A stretch of 64,000 nt of DNA from Ptychomitrium polyphyllum. Taxonomy: Eukaryota. Below are positions 39,816 through 52,934 of this stretch, one piece after another. The notes beneath the pieces were generated by a model. It was not told the origin of the DNA. It searched no databases and saw only the letters and a program-made list of their open reading frames with translations. Both the position numbers and the translations under genes were made by a program. How positions within the stretch are numbered: position 1 is the stretch's first letter; each line of letters begins with the position of its first letter. The stretch is taken from the NCBI GenBank assembly GCA_973851085.1, contig OZ316775.1, positions 10,044,001 through 10,108,000 on the forward strand, in the 5' to 3' direction.

Positions 39816-41859
39816 GCCCTCCAGCTCTGCAAACTCAACTGGGAATCGTACTTCATCTAGCGCAAGCCTATTGAGGTCGCAAATACTTGGGTTTTGAGGG
39901 AAAAGAGATCCTAAGTTTGTCAACACTTGCTTCAGAGGGTGGACTTGTGTTGTAGTCTTGTGGATTCCATTCGAAGATTGAGGTGAGTCAAGGGAGCTTC
40001 TCAACATTTTGTGCAAAAGCTGAGGTATGATTAGTTGCTGTAAACTGAAACTTGTAGCTTTCGATGTAGCCCAGGTTCTCGATTTGAAGTTGCCATCTAA
40101 TCGTTGTTCGCATTGATGGTCTTGTCTTGGGTTAAAGCTACGAACCCGTTTACTCCTCGTAATCGACCGTGAATCTCTGCATTCTCTTACCGTAACTGCA
40201 ATGTGTGAGGGGAGTACGGAGTACGAAAGGAGGAAATCGGCACCAGCACACAGGTTAGCCTTCCATCGTAATGATGTTTCATTGTCGCTTGCTTTGCTCC
40301 CTCAGCGCTGTTGCTCCAGGGATTGGATGATTCATTTGTTTGCTTCAGTGGGCGCAATGTGTAGTGAGGAATGCACGTATGGAGTTGTATGGTGACCTGG
40401 TGTAGTAGTTGCTAGTGCGCCCCGAACTGGCAGTTTTTAGCGGCTGTGGTCACATGGTTGCTGCAATTATACGTTGAGACTTGTATGTATTCTATTCACG
40501 GTTAATGGCGGCCACGATTGAGCCGCAACGGTCCTTTCTCTTGTAAGTTGAGATCGGTTTTTGTTGCATCGATCTTCCGACTTGAATTTGAAGTTGGTCG
40601 TGGACAGCGTCTCCCGGGCCATTACATAGTAATCAGCCATCTATAGTTGGAATAAACAGTTCCACTTCAGTTCGGACGTATGAAATCTTCAAAAAATAAC
40701 TCTTAGCAGGGTGTGTTGGGCAGACGGAGGTAACTCATCTACTTCACATGCCTCGTCAAGGATCCATGCTAACCCTTGGGATAATGTAGACACTCCACTG
40801 GGTTGTACGCAAATATTCCGGCAAGCCAGTCACCAAGTTATACAACACATCCTTCCCAGTCTCTTCATGTACATCTTTGGATATCAGCAGTATTGATCTG
40901 TTAAAGCCATAGGTTTCGATTTTCGAGGTAGAGCTGCCGGTTAGGCGAACATGAAATTCTGAAATATTTCTGCTTCTGTCCTGTGAACCACCATCCTGCA
41001 GACTTTGTCCGCAAGCAAAATTTCGCCTATGTCCAATTGCAGGGAGTAGGAGCATTCCCCCTTCGGTTGTTCATGCAGCGCCCTTCTACCAAACGTGGCT
41101 TATCAGGACTTTCTGGTGTTGCAATGTTTGCAGGTAACGAAGGAGATGATTACAGGGCAGTGCGCTGTTTGGAGTTCTCTCTAGATTTTTCAACGAACTA
41201 GTCACATTTTGCGGTGCTTGATGTGCTATATACAGGTTTCTTGTCTCCAACAGGATTCTACAGATAAATGGTAGTCGGGTTGTTAGATAGGATACCTGCA
41301 GAGGAAGCTATGCAAGAATTGTTGTGGTTTAGCACATGGAAGTTTTAATGTTATCAATAAATTAACCAGAGAGTTGAATGACCTCCCCTTTAGCTTTCTT
41401 AGCATGGCACCGGGCTCAATCAGCCCAAAGGCAGTCACATTATTTTGTTCGCTTTTATCTTAATTGGGGTGCAGCTTGCTTGAGTACAATATCTGAAGTG
41501 AAGAAAAGTTCGTGATACTTGTCATAGACATCATTTTAATATTGCCGAAGAATGAAAGGGTTCTGATATTGAGGGAACAGTTACAAAAAGTGAACGTTCC
41601 TAGGTAATCAATTGGGTGCGAGTTTAACAGATGCACAAAGACATAGCAGAACAATGTTGAAAACTGAGGATACTTCCAATCAGACAGACTAGAAGAGTCT
41701 TAAAACAGCACGGCGACGAAACTGTAGTGGTGGAACCGATAAAACCTTTACAAATCCGTTTAATGTACACACTGATCCACTATGAATGATACACTAGAGC
41801 CCGACAGCATTGTCCGCAGGTCAACAACAGTAGAAGAGTTTTGCGAATCTACCATTAGT

Positions 41860-42556
41860 TTACAAATTGAGGGAAGAGTGGATGTAGCCGAGAAGGGGGC
41901 CTCCAAGTAGATGTTCTCAGTGACGAGCAGAGCAATGAGTCCGATCATGGCAGCCCGGCCATTCCAGCGCTCATTCTGCGCATTGAAGGGGCCGTTCTCA
42001 CGGCTATCTGGAGATTCCTTGTTGTACATGGGGATCAGAGTAGCTCCGATGATGATCGGTGCAACGAACAAGAACCAGATGAGGCCCCGTCCCTCGGTCA
42101 CCTGCTCCCACACGCTCTGGCCGGTCAGAATCTCGGCGACAAAAGCCCAAGTGATTCCCAACATCGCCAAACGGCTGTTGATAGTCTTGGGGGCGGGGCC
42201 ATCGAATTTCATCAGGCTGTTCGTGCTGGTATTGCCATCCTCCGGGCGACGCTCCTCCTCGGGTCGGAAAAACTTCTCCACTGAGGAGCCCTCGAAGATT
42301 CGCAGAGGATCTTCCTTCTTCTCTGGCTCACGCTTGTTACCAGGCTGCAGAAATCATAACAAAGAGAAACAAACTCAGTACTATGGGAGATCACTTTGCA
42401 TTCAGTGAAGGAAAATGTGGAAAGTCTCTTCGAGATGTTCAGAATGTGCAATGTACGAGAGGAGTCTCCTGCTTGGCAAACACAACCAAACTGCAGCGTT
42501 CCTGCTTTGAGGCTGGAGCTCTGAGCTTCAAACCTCCGAAGTAGGTAGTGTTGAGG
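41860..42556 (-). pseudogene. ELIP: Early light-induced protein (ELIP, LHC superfamily) pseudogene
   Basis: FDGPAP(K)TINSRLAMLG and ERWNGRAAMIG LHC helices. Transit-peptide exon 42556-42457, intron, exon 42344-41860. No ATG (retroelement junction), E-to-K in the first LHC motif, and an apparent 1-bp frameshift near 41900. Confidence 0.82.
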
Positions 42557-43499
42557 TTCTTTGCCTTTTGTTCAAGGAAGTTTTCAAGAATGGAGATCAA
42601 CTATGATATACATGACAAAGAGTTACTTGCAATTGTAAATACATTTGAGAAATGCGGACATTTATTAGAAGGAGTTCAACATCCACTATATATACAAATT
42701 ATAAGAACTTGGAGTATTTCATGAGTGGACATGTTCTAAAGTTTCGTCAAGCAAAGTAGAATTTGTTGTTTTCTACATTTAACTTTGTCATTACCTATTG
42801 ATTTGGTAGCCTACAAAGTAAGCCAGATGCCTTATTTTGGAGATCTTATATGGCTTTTAAACCCGGAGATAATGTTTTGGATCAACAAATGACTATTTTG
42901 TTGAAGTCACAAAATCTTCAATTGAAATCAGCAATTATTACCACAAGATTCCATTTCAATAAAATTTAGAGGGATTTGAAGAATGACATCTTTGTTTCAA
43001 ATATGAAGAAATGCCTCAAAAACAAGAGAGATCTTCCAAATAATGACAAGGACTTTGAATTCCAAAAAGGCCTACTTTATTATAAAGGACTTTTGTACAT
43101 ACCTCCAGGTCCTTTGCATTTGGAGATTCTTCAAGCATGTCATGATTTTTCAGCAGCAAGGCATTTTGAATTCAATATAACAATGGAATTGATTACTAAA
43201 GACTATTGGTGGCCACAAATGTAGAAAAACGTAAAGAACTTTATTTGATCATGTAACAGTTATGCAAAGGCCAATGTACCAAGACACCAACCTCATGGTC
43301 TCTTTCATCTGCTTCCAATATCAAAGGATCTATGGTTGTCATTGTCAATGGATTTTATTACAAACCTTTGAAATTCTAATTCTAAAGATTCTATTATACT
43401 AATGGTGGATTAATTTACCAAAATGGCGCAAATCATTCCATGCAACAAGATGGTAACATGAAAAGAAATTACTAAGTTATTCCTAAATTACATCTACCG

Positions 43500-44022
43500 T
43501 GTCACGGACAAAGATCATGCAATATAGTCCTTAGAACATTCTAGAACCTTTTAGTATATTATAATAGCTTCTTAGAATAATTTTAGATGTCTTCATAGTC
43601 ATTCCATGTTTCTTAGGAAGCTTCTAAGAAAAGTTCCACCACCTTAGAAATCTTCCTAGGAAGGTTCCATCATCTCAAGTAACTTCTTAGGAAATTTCCT
43701 ATAAAGATTCCATCGCCTTAGGAAGCCTCTTAGGAAGGTTCCAAGATCTTAGAAAACTTCTTAGGAAGGTTCCCTAGACTTCTAGAACTTTCTTAAGCCT
43801 TGTAGGAAGCTTCTTTAGAAGTATCCTAGGAGATAAAAACGTCATAGTATAAATAAGAGGCAAGACAAGGTATTCCTTAGTCTTGACAATACAAGTTGTG
43901 GATCATCTTGAATCTTGCCTTATTCTAGTTTTTGTATCAAGTTTTTGTTAATTATTAGCTCTTTGGAAGCTAATTCTTGGGAAACACTTTGTTTTTGCTT
44001 TTTGTTTCTTGCATCCCTAACA
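43500..44022 (+). repeat. 5' LTR of element B
   Basis: TGTCACGGAC...CCCTAACA, TATAAATA at 43848, and degenerate internal repeats of CTTAGGAAGGTTCC type. Confidence 0.93.
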
Positions 44023-47000
44023 GTTTGGCAAGACTACTTTTCATCTTTGTGAGAGTTAAGGGTATTTGAAGAAAATTGTGAATTACCCATCTTCTTTAGA
44101 ATTCCATAGCATCTTAGAGGTTGCGGATTACCCTCTTTTAAGCTGGCAGTATAGAGCTGGTTTCTCCTTCTAGAACCAAGTACTACTTCTTTCAAAGGAC
44201 GTGGATTACCTTCCTTTGAAGGTACTCATAGTCTTCTTGTCTTTGCCAAGCTTAAGAAATAGATAATGTGCTTAGAACATCAGAAAATAGGTTTGCAACT
44301 ATTGCAGACCTTCAAGAGTTATTAAACACAGTTTGAACGGAACTCGCCCGTTTTTAATACCACCAACAATTTGGAGCAACACACTTGGCAAGCTGAAGAA
44401 TCCAATGGTGATATTCAAAGCCTATATCAAGAGGTTGTTTGATTGCGAGAGGCCAATATAAGAAGGGAAGGCTTACGTCAAACCCATGCAAAGCAAAAGA
44501 TTAATATGCCAGACAAGTTCGATGGATCAAGATTAAAATTGAGAGGCTTTGTTTAACAAGTAAGACTCTTCCTTAGTTTGCATCAATCTCACTATTCTGA
44601 TGGCACAATTCAAATAAGATTTGTGGCCACTCTTTTATCAAACAATGCACTATCGTGGTTTGCACCACTAGTAGAGAAGCAGTCACCATTATTGAACAAC
44701 TTAGATGTTTTTATAGAAGCATTGACATCTACTTTTGGAAACACCGACCGAAAGAGGGTGGCTGAGACAAGGATCCAGAGTCTCCAACAAGGGCAACGCT
44801 TAGCTGCTTTATATGTTGCAGAGTTTTGACAATTAGCTTGCGACCTTGATTGGAATCATAAAGCCTTGGTCAAATGATTTTGATGGGGCTTAAGAGAGAA
44901 TATAAAAGACTTGCTACTCACAATGTCAAGAGTTGAAACATTAGACGAATTCGTCACTCAAGCAATAGCATGTGACAATAGACTATTTGAGAGGCGTTAA
45001 AAACAACGCTTGGGATGGCGACCAGTACATAAAAACATGGCTACCACTTCTTCAAGAATATTGGAAAGCCAACCATAAAGACCAAAACCTATGCAAATTG
45101 ATGTTGCCCAGTTTAGACGTTTGACTTTAGAAGAAATAGAAAGGCGTCGAAGAGAAAACTTATGTTTGTATTGTGGCAGGTCTGGACATAAAGTGCGCGA
45201 TTGCCAAATCAAAGGATCTGCCTTTAAGGCTCAGAGCACAATGGTGGAATTAAAAAACAAGGCTGTCAAGTCACAGTAGGGACCATGCAACTAGACACCA
45301 CAAGGAAACGACCATCAAATCAAGGTGTCTTACTACCTTCAAGCCCTACTTCTTGTTTTTTACATTTTCTACCAAAATTAAATTGTTATATGATGAAATA
45401 ATTAGTGAGGCTCTTTTAAACACTGGTGCAACGGCATGTTTCATGGACAAGGATTTTGCAACCTAACATCACATGGTACTTGTGAATAAAAAATATCCCG
45501 CATCTGTTGAAGTTATTGATGGACGATTTCTTGCGTCTGGCAACGTTATTGAAGAAACTCAATCCCTGGAGGTTATTTTAGGAGATCAGGCATCTAAAAT
45601 TGTCTTCAACATCATTCAATGCCGAACAAATCCTATTGTTTTGGGCCTTCCTTGGTTTGAATTACATAATCCAGACATTGACTGGAGCTCACGGAGTGTG
45701 GTCTCAAAAAATAGACGTCAAAGTATAAGAAATCTTGGACCATCTTTTATTGGAACTAAGGCATTTATGAGAGTGGCAAAGGATGAACCAATCTATGCCA
45801 TTTATGCCACGCCATTGTCTAGCTCTATAATAGAGACTAATTAAAATATACCTCGTCAATATTAAGATTATAAAGACGTTTTTTAAAAGAAGAATGCGGA
45901 CATGTTACCAAAGCACCAGCCTTACAATTATACCATTGAATTGTAAGAAAGAGCCCAACCACCTTTTGGACCTATTTATAACTTATCACAAACCGAGTTG
46001 ATTGCCTAGAAAGAATATATTGATGAAAACCTCGGAAAGGGTTTCATTCAACACCCTAAATCACCGGCTGGAGTACCCATTCTATTTGTAAAGAAGAAAG
46101 ATGGATCATTACGTATATGCGTGGACTATTGAGGCCTCAATAAAGTAATAAAAAAGAATCGCTATTCATTACTATTAATCTCAGGACTCCTACAACAACT
46201 TGGCCAAGCAAAGATATTCACCAAAATTGATTTTAGAAGAGCCTACAATCTTGTACGCATCAAAGAAGGAGACGAATGGAAGACAACTTTTTCATCTAGG
46301 TATGGTCATTTTGAATACAATGTCATGCCTTTTGGCCTTACAAATGCTCCTGCAGTCTTTCAACATATGATGAATGATATCTTCCATGAACATTTGGACA
46401 ATTTTGTAATCATCTACTTGGATGATATTTTGATATATTCAAAGGATGAACAAGACCATAAATGTCATGTGCGAGTGGTCTTAGAAAAACTACGCCAGCA
46501 AGGATTATATGCCAAATTGAAAAAGTGCCTTTTCCATGAATCCTCAGTTGAATTTTTAGGCTACATCATTTCCAAAGGAGGAATCCATATGGATAAAAAA
46601 AAAATAAGCACTATCATGGAGTGGAATACGCCAAGATCAATTCGAGATGTTCAATGCTTCTTGGAATTTGCAAACTTCTATAGAATATTCATCAAGGATT
46701 ATTCCAAGATTGCAGCACCATTGACACGTCTTACGGGGAAGCAAAAATTCATTTGGAATGAAAAGGCAAAAAAAGCATTTCAAAGTCTTAAGAAGTCATT
46801 CACATCGGCTCCAATTTTTATTCATCCAAATCCATCAAAACCTTTTTATTTAAAAGCAAATGCCTTAGATTTTGCGCTTGGCTTAGTGCTCTCACAATAT
46901 GATGAAGACAAAAGACTTCACCCTCTTGCCTTTCATTCAAGGAAGTTCTCAGTGGTAGAGATCAAGTATGATATACATAATAAAGAACTACTTGCAATTG

Positions 47001-47838
47001 TGGATGCGGTTGAGGATTGGCGACACTTGTTGGAAGGAGCTCAACATACCATCACAATATACACAGACCACAAGAACTTGGAGTATTTTATGAATGCGCG
47101 TGTTTTGAATTACCGTCAAACAAGGTGGAGTATGTCGCTTTCCAGATTTGACTTTGTCATTACTTATTGACTGGTAGCTTACAAGGTAAGCTAGATGCCT
47201 TATCTCAAAGATCTTATTTAGCTCCTCAACTTGGAGATGATGTTTTGGATCAACAAAGGACTATTTTATTGAAGCCCGTGAATCTTTAATTGAAAGCAAT
47301 GATTTTTACGACAACATTCCATCTTGTTGAAATTTAAAAAGCTTTAAAGAATGACGTCTTTGTTTCAAATACAAAGAAGCGCCTCAAAGACAATGGAAAT
47401 CCTTCAAATAGCGATGAGGATTTTGAATTCCAAGAGGGCCTACTTTATTATAAAGGACTTTTGTTCCTACCTCCAAGTCCTTTGCGGTTGAAGATCCTTC
47501 AAGCACGTCATGATTTTCAAGAAGCAGAACATTTTGGATTCAATAAAACAATGGAGTTGATTGCTAGAGACTATTGGTGGCCACAAATGTGGAGATACGC
47601 AAAGGACTTTGTTCAATCATGCGACACTTGTGCAAGAGCCAAGGTACCAAGGCACCAACCTCATGGTCTCCTCCATCTGCTTCCAGTGCCAAAGGATCCA
47701 TGGTTGTCTTTGTCAATGGATTTTATTACAAACCTGCCAAAGTCCGATTTTAAGGATTCTATTTTGGTAGTGGTGGATCAATTTACAAAAATGGCACATT
47801 TCATTCCATGCAACAAGACGGTAATGGGAGAAAAAACT

Positions 47839-48986
47839 TGTCGCGCACCTCTTCTTGAAGAAGCGCGCGCAATACTAAAGGCACAAGAAGGACCCCAGAG
47901 TGACGTCTGGGACTTGTGGCGCCAATAGTGTGGAGAACCGAGTGGGCCTAGCATGGGAAGGAACCCTAGGTGGAGAAACATACTTGCCCATGTAGACCGA
48001 GGGCCACGAGGGATAAATTGTGGGCATTCAAGGAATCACAAGGAGCTGATTTTAGAATGCTAAAGATTGCTCAAATCGAACAAGTGAGCTCAAAGTTATG
48101 GCATCCCAAAGTTGGGACTACCAAGGGGCTGTTCTGGACTGTGGCAGCCTTACACAGTGACTGTACTAGACTGAGACAGTCCAGGGAGGGACTCCCCGGG
48201 AGTCTCAAACCTTAGGAGAGGCATATCTCCCAAAATACTAACTTGAATTGGAGGTTTGAGGAGTCTATTGGCATCTACGCAAAGAGTAGACAACAATAGA
48301 GTGGTTTCTTGATTAATTCAAGCACCGGACAAGGAAGATATGGCTTTCTGAAGGTTCATAGGGAGTTCCGGAGGCTTCCAGCGGCTAAGTCCCAAGGGAG
48401 ATCGGGTGGTCTTCCAAAACTTTGGGCGTGTCGAAGTTCGGCCAGCTACAGAGGGCTAGGGGGCCTGCCAAAGCCCACACAGAGTACTATAGGGGAGGGC
48501 TGGTCTCCCTTCCCACTTCCCTAGTATCCCGGTAGGAACCAAGGATGAGTCCTGGTTGGTGGAGCTAGTGTTGGGGCTTCACCACAGGGACTCCCACACC
48601 ATTGTGAGCCGGGAGACGGCCGGTTTCACGAAGGGAACTAGCACGTTCAAAAGGGTACGCTTGTTACCACCAAGTGAGGGTGGTGTCTTCACTCCGGCAC
48701 CATGATGGCCCGAGGTGATCTTAGGATTACATGGGGGGATCATGAGTGGTGGTGAGGAGACACCACTAAATGCGGTTAGGCCGTGTAGAATGGGAGTAAC
48801 ACCAAGTGAGGCCTTGAACATGAATGGAAGTCCGCACCTAACTATTGGCTACCAATAAATTGGCTGTCCTAAGAGAAATGGTATGAAGACTTGGAGAGTG
48901 ACAATGGGGGTTAACCATGTGCATGTGGAGGTGTACAGGGTTGACGTGTGCAACGTTTGCTAAGGTGCATTACGAGGGTTGCGACA
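47839..48986 (+). repeat. 5' LTR of element C
   Basis: TGTCGC...GCGACA, followed by the PBS. Confidence 0.93.
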
Positions 48987-48988
48987 CT

Positions 48989-49000
48989 TGGTATCAGAGC
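48989..49000 (+). promoter_or_regulatory. Primer binding site for initiator tRNA-Met (element C)
   Basis: TGGTATCAGAGC two bases after the 5' LTR end. Confidence 0.92.
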
Positions 49001-52000
49001 AGACTTTGAATATCCAAGTGCTACGTTGCAAAGAGGCAATGGGTAAGAAGAAGGCCGGTGATGGTGGTGAGCCCGGGGCCTCTAAACAACTACGCACAAG
49101 GGTGAACAAAGACCCCGATCCGATTAATGAGGCTCCATCCTTCGATTCCAATGAGCAAGGGAATGACATTGGAGTCACCGAGGAAGTTGAGGAAACTCAA
49201 GAAGACGAAGCGTTGGAGGGTGGAGAGTACTCAGGAGCTAGGATTTTTGAGCCACCTGAGGGCCTAGAAAGTCAGGACACTGACTTATGTTATCGCATGA
49301 AAATGCTCGAGTTCATGGACGGTGTGAACTAAGAACTCAAGCGTGGCAAAGAAGAAAGGACCCGTAAAGAGAGGTTGATTGAGCATTTGATGGCACAAGA
49401 TTCCTGGCCCTCATCTTCAATTAAGAAGTTGGCCAAGGTGACCTTGCCAAGCACTTTTTCTGGGCTAGGTAAAGCAAGGAAGGTGAAGGAATTTCTTTTG
49501 GAAATGGACAACTATTATGATGTTCAAAATCCGGAGGAAGTGAACAAGGTTTCAATTGCAGTAACCTTTCTAAAGGAACATGCTCTTCAATGGTGGACAA
49601 GTACAAAAGAGCAAGAGCCGGAGTTGGTGGCAACTTTGTCTTGGGTCGGTTTTAAAGAGATATTGAGTGAACGCTTCACTCCGGAATACCAAAAGTCGAG
49701 GGAAGGCATGAACTTGGTGCAAATGAGGCACATCGGGTCTTTCAAGACTTATGTGCGAGATTTCAACGCCCAAATGAATGCCACATTCAAAATGGATGAG
49801 TTTTCAAAGAAATGCATCTTTTTGGGTGGGCTTCAAAAGTGGGTGGTGGACATCTTGTTCAAATTTCCAAAGCTTCCAAAGGACGTGGCGGGAATCATTA
49901 AGATCACAGAAAGAATTGAAGCCGACGGACCCAAAAGAAAATCAAGTGGTACCTCTCACCAAAGTGGATTGAGCCGAAATGTATCTCGCGGCGGAGAACG
50001 CAAGAAATTTGGCTTTGGAAGCAAACACAAGGAACGAGTCGAGGGAAGGGCCTACAACAAAGTGGACCATCATGAGAGAAAACCATTCAAATCGGGAGAT
50101 AAGAGTGCTGAGGTGAAGCACAAGCGTTGCCACGGGTGTGGCAAGATTGGTCACTTCATTGCGGAGTGCCCCGATAAAAAGGTGAGTACCAAATCTTGTC
50201 ACACTTGTATTGTAGATCACATTTTAGAAGGTGGATTCGTGGCTAAGGCTAGTAGCCTTAAACCAAGGTTGAGCCTGTTATACCTTGAGGCCCAAATAAA
50301 TGGCAAAAATGTCTCATGTTTGATTGACACATGGGCAACGCACTCCTTCATGAGTCCCAAGCTAGCAAGGGAGTTGGGCTTGTCGGCTCAAAAAGCTAGC
50401 AAGCCCATCAACATGCGATTTATGAAAGGCAAACCGTACGAGGCGAAGGAGTTGGTGTTGGATGTGGCCTTAAGTAGTGGGACATTGGAGTTGAAGGAAA
50501 GTTTTACACTATGTGAGATGGATGAGGTAGACCTCATTTTAGGTGACACCTTTTTCGAAACTCATGTGGTGGATGTGAAGCAAAAGCCAACACGGTTAGT
50601 AATGCGCCGTGGTGGGAAGGAGACAATATTGAAATTGACTAGGACTCTTATGGTTGCGGGAGGCAAGTTGAACTTAGTCTCTTTAGAATAATTAGAAAAT
50701 AATCAATTCGTGGTTGTGATGCAAATGGAGTAAGAAGAAGGGAATAGGCCAAGTGCCAAGGAGGTTAGAACTATTTCCAAGTGCATTCAAAATGTACTAA
50801 GTGGAGTATGTGCTTCAAAGAAAACTACGGTTGTTGGTTTTGAAAGAAGAACATGATAGTCCCATAGCCGGCCATAGAGGGGAAAAAACCACCATAGCAG
50901 CAGTGGCAAAAAGGTTCTATTGGCCGGGCATGAAAGCGGACATCACCGACTTTGTGAAAACTTGTGTGAAGTACCAACTCAATAGAGCGTCTTACCAAAA
51001 GCAAGCCAGTCTACTACAACCTTTGCCAATTCCGCCGGATCCATGGCATAGCATGTCCATGGACTTCATCACAAGTCTTCCAGAATTGCAAGGGCATGAT
51101 GCCATCTTTGTGATGGTGGATTGCTTTAGCAAGTTGGCGCACATGGTGCCAATTAGAGGAACCGTAACTGCACATGAGACCGCAAAGCTATTCCTCGATG
51201 CATGGTGGAAACACCACAGGTTGCCGAGAGTGATTGTGTCGAACCGAGATCCAAAATTCACTAGTGCTTTTTGAAAACATATCTTTAGGAAAGTTGGAAC
51301 CAAATTGACTTTTAGCACTGCCTTCCATCCTCAAACGGATGGGCAAACGGAACAAGTGAACGGAGTCTTGAACCAATACTTGAGGAACTTTGTGAGTGCG
51401 GACCAGTGCGATTGGGTGGATTATGTGAGCTTAGCGGAGTTCAGTTACAATGCGGCCAACCATTCGGCGTCAAAGCAGTCGCCATTGAAGGTGGCCTATG
51501 GAGTGGAGCCACTCTAGCCTGCCGACTTAGCTCTCAAAGGGGCACATTCAACACTAGAGTTTAACCAAGATGGTGAGGACTTGGCCAAAAAGCGAGAACA
51601 GATGTTGGAGAAGACCAAGTTTTTGTTGGAAAAGGCACAAAAGCGGTACGAGAAATAAGTCAATGCCAGAAGACGTGAAGTGGAGTATGAAGTAGGCCAA
51701 AAGGTACTGTTGAATGTAAAGAACTTTAGCTTGCTAGAAGGCCTCACTCCAAAGTTCATGTCCAAGTTTGCGGGGCCGTTTTCCATTGTGGAGCGGGTGT
51801 TTAAAGATGTGTACAAGTTGGAGCTACCACCTGAAATCAAAGTGCACCCAACATTTCATGTCTCATTCCTTAAGCCATTCAAAAAAGACACCTTGTGGCC
51901 CAATCGCATACAAGTGATTTCACCACCGCCGAAATTGGTAGGCGATCATTTGGAATACGAAGTAGAAGGAATTCTCAAGTGTAGGCACTACAAGAAGATT

Positions 52001-52934
52001 GGAAAAGAGTATTTCGTGAAGTGGAGAGGGTACCATGAAAAGGAGGCAGTTTGGATAGTAGCCAAGGACTAGGGAAATGCCAATGAAGTGGTAGAACGCT
52101 TTGAAAGGGATAGGAACTCCAACAAAAGACAACGTTGGCATTGATGAGGACATCAATCTCTTTTAGTAGGAGGAGAGAGGCTTGTAGCAGTAATTTCTTC
52201 ACATCATGTATTGGTTCTTTGACTTATGACAATAAAATTCAACTTTTGTGTGTGTAAAGAGAAGAGTACAAGAGGATGTTTTAGTCTTGTGCTTGTGCTA
52301 AGTTGGTAGAAGAGGGAGAATAGACATGTGAAACCAAGTTGGGAAGGTCGAGTAATGGGGACCAAGGCTTGGAGGAGGAATAGTTAAAACCATGTTACCT
52401 CTTAGTCTTGAGCTTGTCCGGGCGAGGACAAGGTAATGGCGCGTGCTCATAAAAGCGCCACTTCTACAAATTAACAAAAGTTAGTGCATGGGAGTCATAA
52501 ATCCATGTCCCAAAAGAGATAGTGGGATCCAGGTTGGGCGGAACTTGGCATTACCCCCGTGCAATTGAGTCGTGGAGTAAAAGCCACCTTGGGTTTGCAA
52601 CCAAGACAACTTGGTGGAGCATGGAGGTCCAGCCTAGTCAAGAAAGAAGAACTAGGGCAGTATAGCCTAACTGGGGAGTGTATCCCAAGAGGGTCTCAAA
52701 GTAGGTAGGTTTGGAGTAGTTTAGGGCCTTAAGAATTTTTCTCTAGGGTGCCTAAACAGACCACCGCCTAAACGACACCTTTGAGACTTTGCCAAAGATT
52801 TATGAGTGTATCGTGGAGGTTGCACCTTGGATGAAATACAATGTTGCACCACTAAAGGATGGCAACCGTGGAATTGGTGTGCCGACTACAAGTATAGTCA
52901 ATGAGGGCATCAACTCCATTAAGGTGGAGGTGAG

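Noticed and set aside
39777..41400. Possible divergent spliced transcript upstream of WDR6
   Set aside because: Scattered splice-like motifs but no coherent ORF or RNA family. It needs expression data.
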